Assembly: GCA_023231475.1 (NCBI GenBank) | Contig: JALJEE010002733.1 | Span: forward strand, 186,001-210,797 | Direction: 5' to 3' | Source: Seison nebaliae | Taxonomy: Eukaryota | DNA: 24,797 bases | In this document: in pieces, positions 22,305-24,797 of the stretch | How the letters are laid out: each line of letters starts with the position of its first letter | Numbering within the stretch: position 1 is the stretch's first letter | Translations under genes and position numbers: made by a program | The notes under the pieces: generated by a model | The model's database searches: none | What the model was told of the DNA's origin: nothing | What the model saw: the letters and a program-made list of their open reading frames with translations, nothing else

Positions 22305-23159
22305 GTATGTATAACCTAAGAAGTGCTAATTCCAATAAATTTCTTTTCTTTCTGAAGAAGAAATTATCTTTCATTATTTCGATCTAAGACATGTATTTCT
22401 TTTCAATCCTTTTTGTTCTGCTCCAAGAATTTTTACAGTTTCCATAAAACAAATTCTCGTCAGTTATCAAGATCTGTGAAATAATTAGTATTATGCATGA
22501 ATTACCTTCACTGAACATACGATGGAAACTCAATTCCGCCACAATTCCTCTAGAAATTTCTCGCTTCACTTCTCGTTGTTGTTAATGAGAAAGGATTGCT
22601 CTTCTGCTCCATATCTAATGCTTACTTCTTTTTCATCTCTTCCTTTTATTTTTTCGTGGAAGTCAACTGCCGTAACATCGATGATAAAGCGGAACCATTA
22701 CACAAATCTCGGCAGAAATAAAAAATTGTTCGTTGAAAATATCAAAATTGTTCTATTAATTCTTTCTTTCCGACACTCTACAATTACCAGCAAAACAACT
22801 CCATTGTCTATTAGAGACCAATCTCGCTGCTAGGGAGTAGTATTAATCGAACTTGCTAACTAAACATTTTCTTTTTCTTGTTTTTAGTGGATATTTTATG
22901 CAAATGAATCGTTGAGATAATACGGTTGATTGGCAATGTTGGCGATGACTTATTTTCTTCTTTCTATTCGTCCTCCATTATACATTCTCTTCTTTACTTT
23001 TCTCCTGTATATCCTTCTCCCACTCTTCTTTATTAATTCCTTTTTTTCATTCTTTTCAGTTTCTTTATGACTGCCAGAATCTATTAATCATTTATTTACT
23101 TCTTAGAAAGAAACATAACAATTATCTTACAATCATTCCACTTCTCGGAATAATAGAGA

Positions 23160-24136
23160 ATGAGTCATTCGAACAAATCGAAAGACGATTGCACCACATA
23201 TGCCTCCTTCAATCAATTAGGTGGCGAGTTCATTAATGGACGTCCCTTACCTTATGATCTCCGACAACGCATTATCGAATTAGCTAAACAAGGTGTTCGA
23301 CCCTGCGAAATTTCTCGTCTTTTACAAGTCTCTCATGGATGTGTCTCTAAAATTCTTAAACGGTTTCATCTCCGTATCATCTTTCTAAATATAATCGTCG
23401 TCTTTTCGAAGATATCGTTTATATGGAACGGTTGAACCGGGTCTTATAGGCGGCTCAAAACCCAAAGTCGCTACATCTAATGTCATCAGGAAGATTTGGG
23501 AGTATAAGAAAAAGAATCCTCACATATTCGCTTGGGAAATGAGGAGGAAGTTATTTTTACGTCAAAGAAAAAACTTCGTTAAATTTCTTATCGGTTTCCA
23601 GATTGGTGAATGATGGTGTCTGCTCCGAAGATAAACTTCCAAGTATCAGTTCCATCAATCGAATTGTACGTGCTTCCAAACAGAATATGAATGAACCAGA
23701 TCTATTACCAAACGAGACGGGTAATAATATGTCCAATATGAAATCGGTTGATGACGACAATACTCATCAGAACAACACGGAGAATATGATGGAAATATCG
23801 GAAGCATTGAAAGTTATGTTGAAATCGTTCGAGGATAGAGAGAGTTTAATGGAAAAATTGAGGAATAATATTTTGAAAGTTGAGAATTTGGTGCCAGAAG
23901 AAAAGAATGATGGAACGAGAAAAATCATCGAAACTTTATTCCATTTATTTCTCTCTCATCTCATTGTCAATGGAATTCTCAAATTACAAAATAACAGACA
24001 TCTCAAATTTGCCGATAAACGTCTAATGGATTTTGATATACTTCAAAATATTCAAAATTCTCCTACTGCCCAATCATCGGAATTATTCAACATGATTCAT
24101 GAGAATATTGAAACGGTTTTCGATAAACTATTTTGA
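23160..24136 (+). CDS. Paired-box (Pax) transcription factor, paired domain only, ~291 aa. Exons 23160-23362, 23412-23549, 23602-24136
   Basis: Complete spliced paired domain [87 protein letters not shown]. Introns 23363-23411 (49 nt) and 23550-23601 (52 nt). Most like Pax2/5/8 by eye, but subfamily not assigned. Confidence 0.95.
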
Positions 24137-24577
24137 TCATTGTTCTTCTACTTCTTTCACATGACTATTGATCTTGACACACTTGTATTATGAAATTTTA
24201 TTAAATTATTTCAATTTCCTCATTCAATCAATTATTATAATGCATATCCGTTAATCAATATTGACGATTGATAATAATTGGTTAATTTTTCATTTAAACA
24301 CTCAAAACAAATTTAAAATTCAAATGAACAAAAAAGATTTTATACAATACGTTTATCGGGAAAAAATGAATAATTGATTAAATTGATTTTCTCCCAAAAA
24401 TAAATTATTCAACCAATCTTCATTTGAATTTTAAAGAAAAATTAATTTTCGAATTCAATATAAATCTTACAAGTAGTGCTGTGATTATGATCCGTGAGTC
24501 CAAAGTGATAAGACTCGAGTCCTCCATACATTATGGAAAAAAAAAATCCAGACATGATAAGAGTCCTATACATACAA

Positions 24578-24622
24578 GACTCGAGCCAAGCTATTAGCCA
24601 GACTCATGCTTTGGCTCGAGTC
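24578..24622. repeat. 12-bp GC-rich inverted repeat (hairpin) within a cluster of GACTC/GAGTC motifs
   Basis: gactcgagccaa (24578-24589) and ttggctcgagtc (24611-24622), 21-nt loop. Confidence 0.85.
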
Positions 24623-24797
24623 CTCTCATGAATCGGAATCGATTCCTCTCTAAGTGACCATAGAAAAACATAAGATTTTCGCTAATTTTTGACTAAAAAG
24701 TATTATTTTAATAGTTACTGTATATTCTGTATCACTTTTTCATGCTGAAACCGAATATTTTACTTAAAATTAGATATTTTTAAAATTTCTTAACCTA

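Noticed and set aside
20588..22833. Short ORFs in the MAO-Pax interval (20588-20872, 20843-21046, 21601-21897, 22384-22569, 22522-22833) and a coding-looking minus-strand stretch near 21360-21530
   Set aside because: Low-complexity F/L-rich translations with no motifs, and I could not build a consistent spliced model
1..24797. tRNA, rRNA, snRNA genes or autonomous transposons
   Set aside because: No recognisable cloverleaf, snRNA signature, transposase or reverse transcriptase sequence seen by eye. A covariance-model search would be needed to exclude them.

Overview
AT-rich, gene-dense eukaryotic window, metazoan by content (Pax paired-box gene, MAO-like gene with C-terminal membrane anchor). 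It uses the standard genetic code and has very short introns (42-72 nt). Seven protein genes can be reconstructed. On the minus strand are two low-complexity proteins of unknown family (<1-2103; 2419-4762) and an intronless monoamine-oxidase-like gene (17733-19376). On the plus strand are a 16-exon Piezo channel (5052-11761), an SMN-like gene (Tudor + YG box, 12459-14750), a PRP40/PRPF40 WW-FF splicing factor (14916-17465) and a paired-domain-only Pax gene (23160-24136). Main observations: (1) 25 of the 26 introns I could place by reading frame or homology start with GTT instead of the usual GTA/GTG, suggesting an altered 5' splice-site code; (2) the SMN-like Tudor domain is split by a ~465-aa low-complexity insert yet keeps its aromatic cage, and the gene lies directly upstream of the U1-associated factor PRP40; (3) the MAO-like protein has lost its catalytic and FAD-linking residues; (4) the Piezo is N-terminally short, has a C-terminal tail and has charge changes in the pore. 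All gene models are manual, and comparisons to human/mouse proteins are from remembered sequences, not alignments run here.
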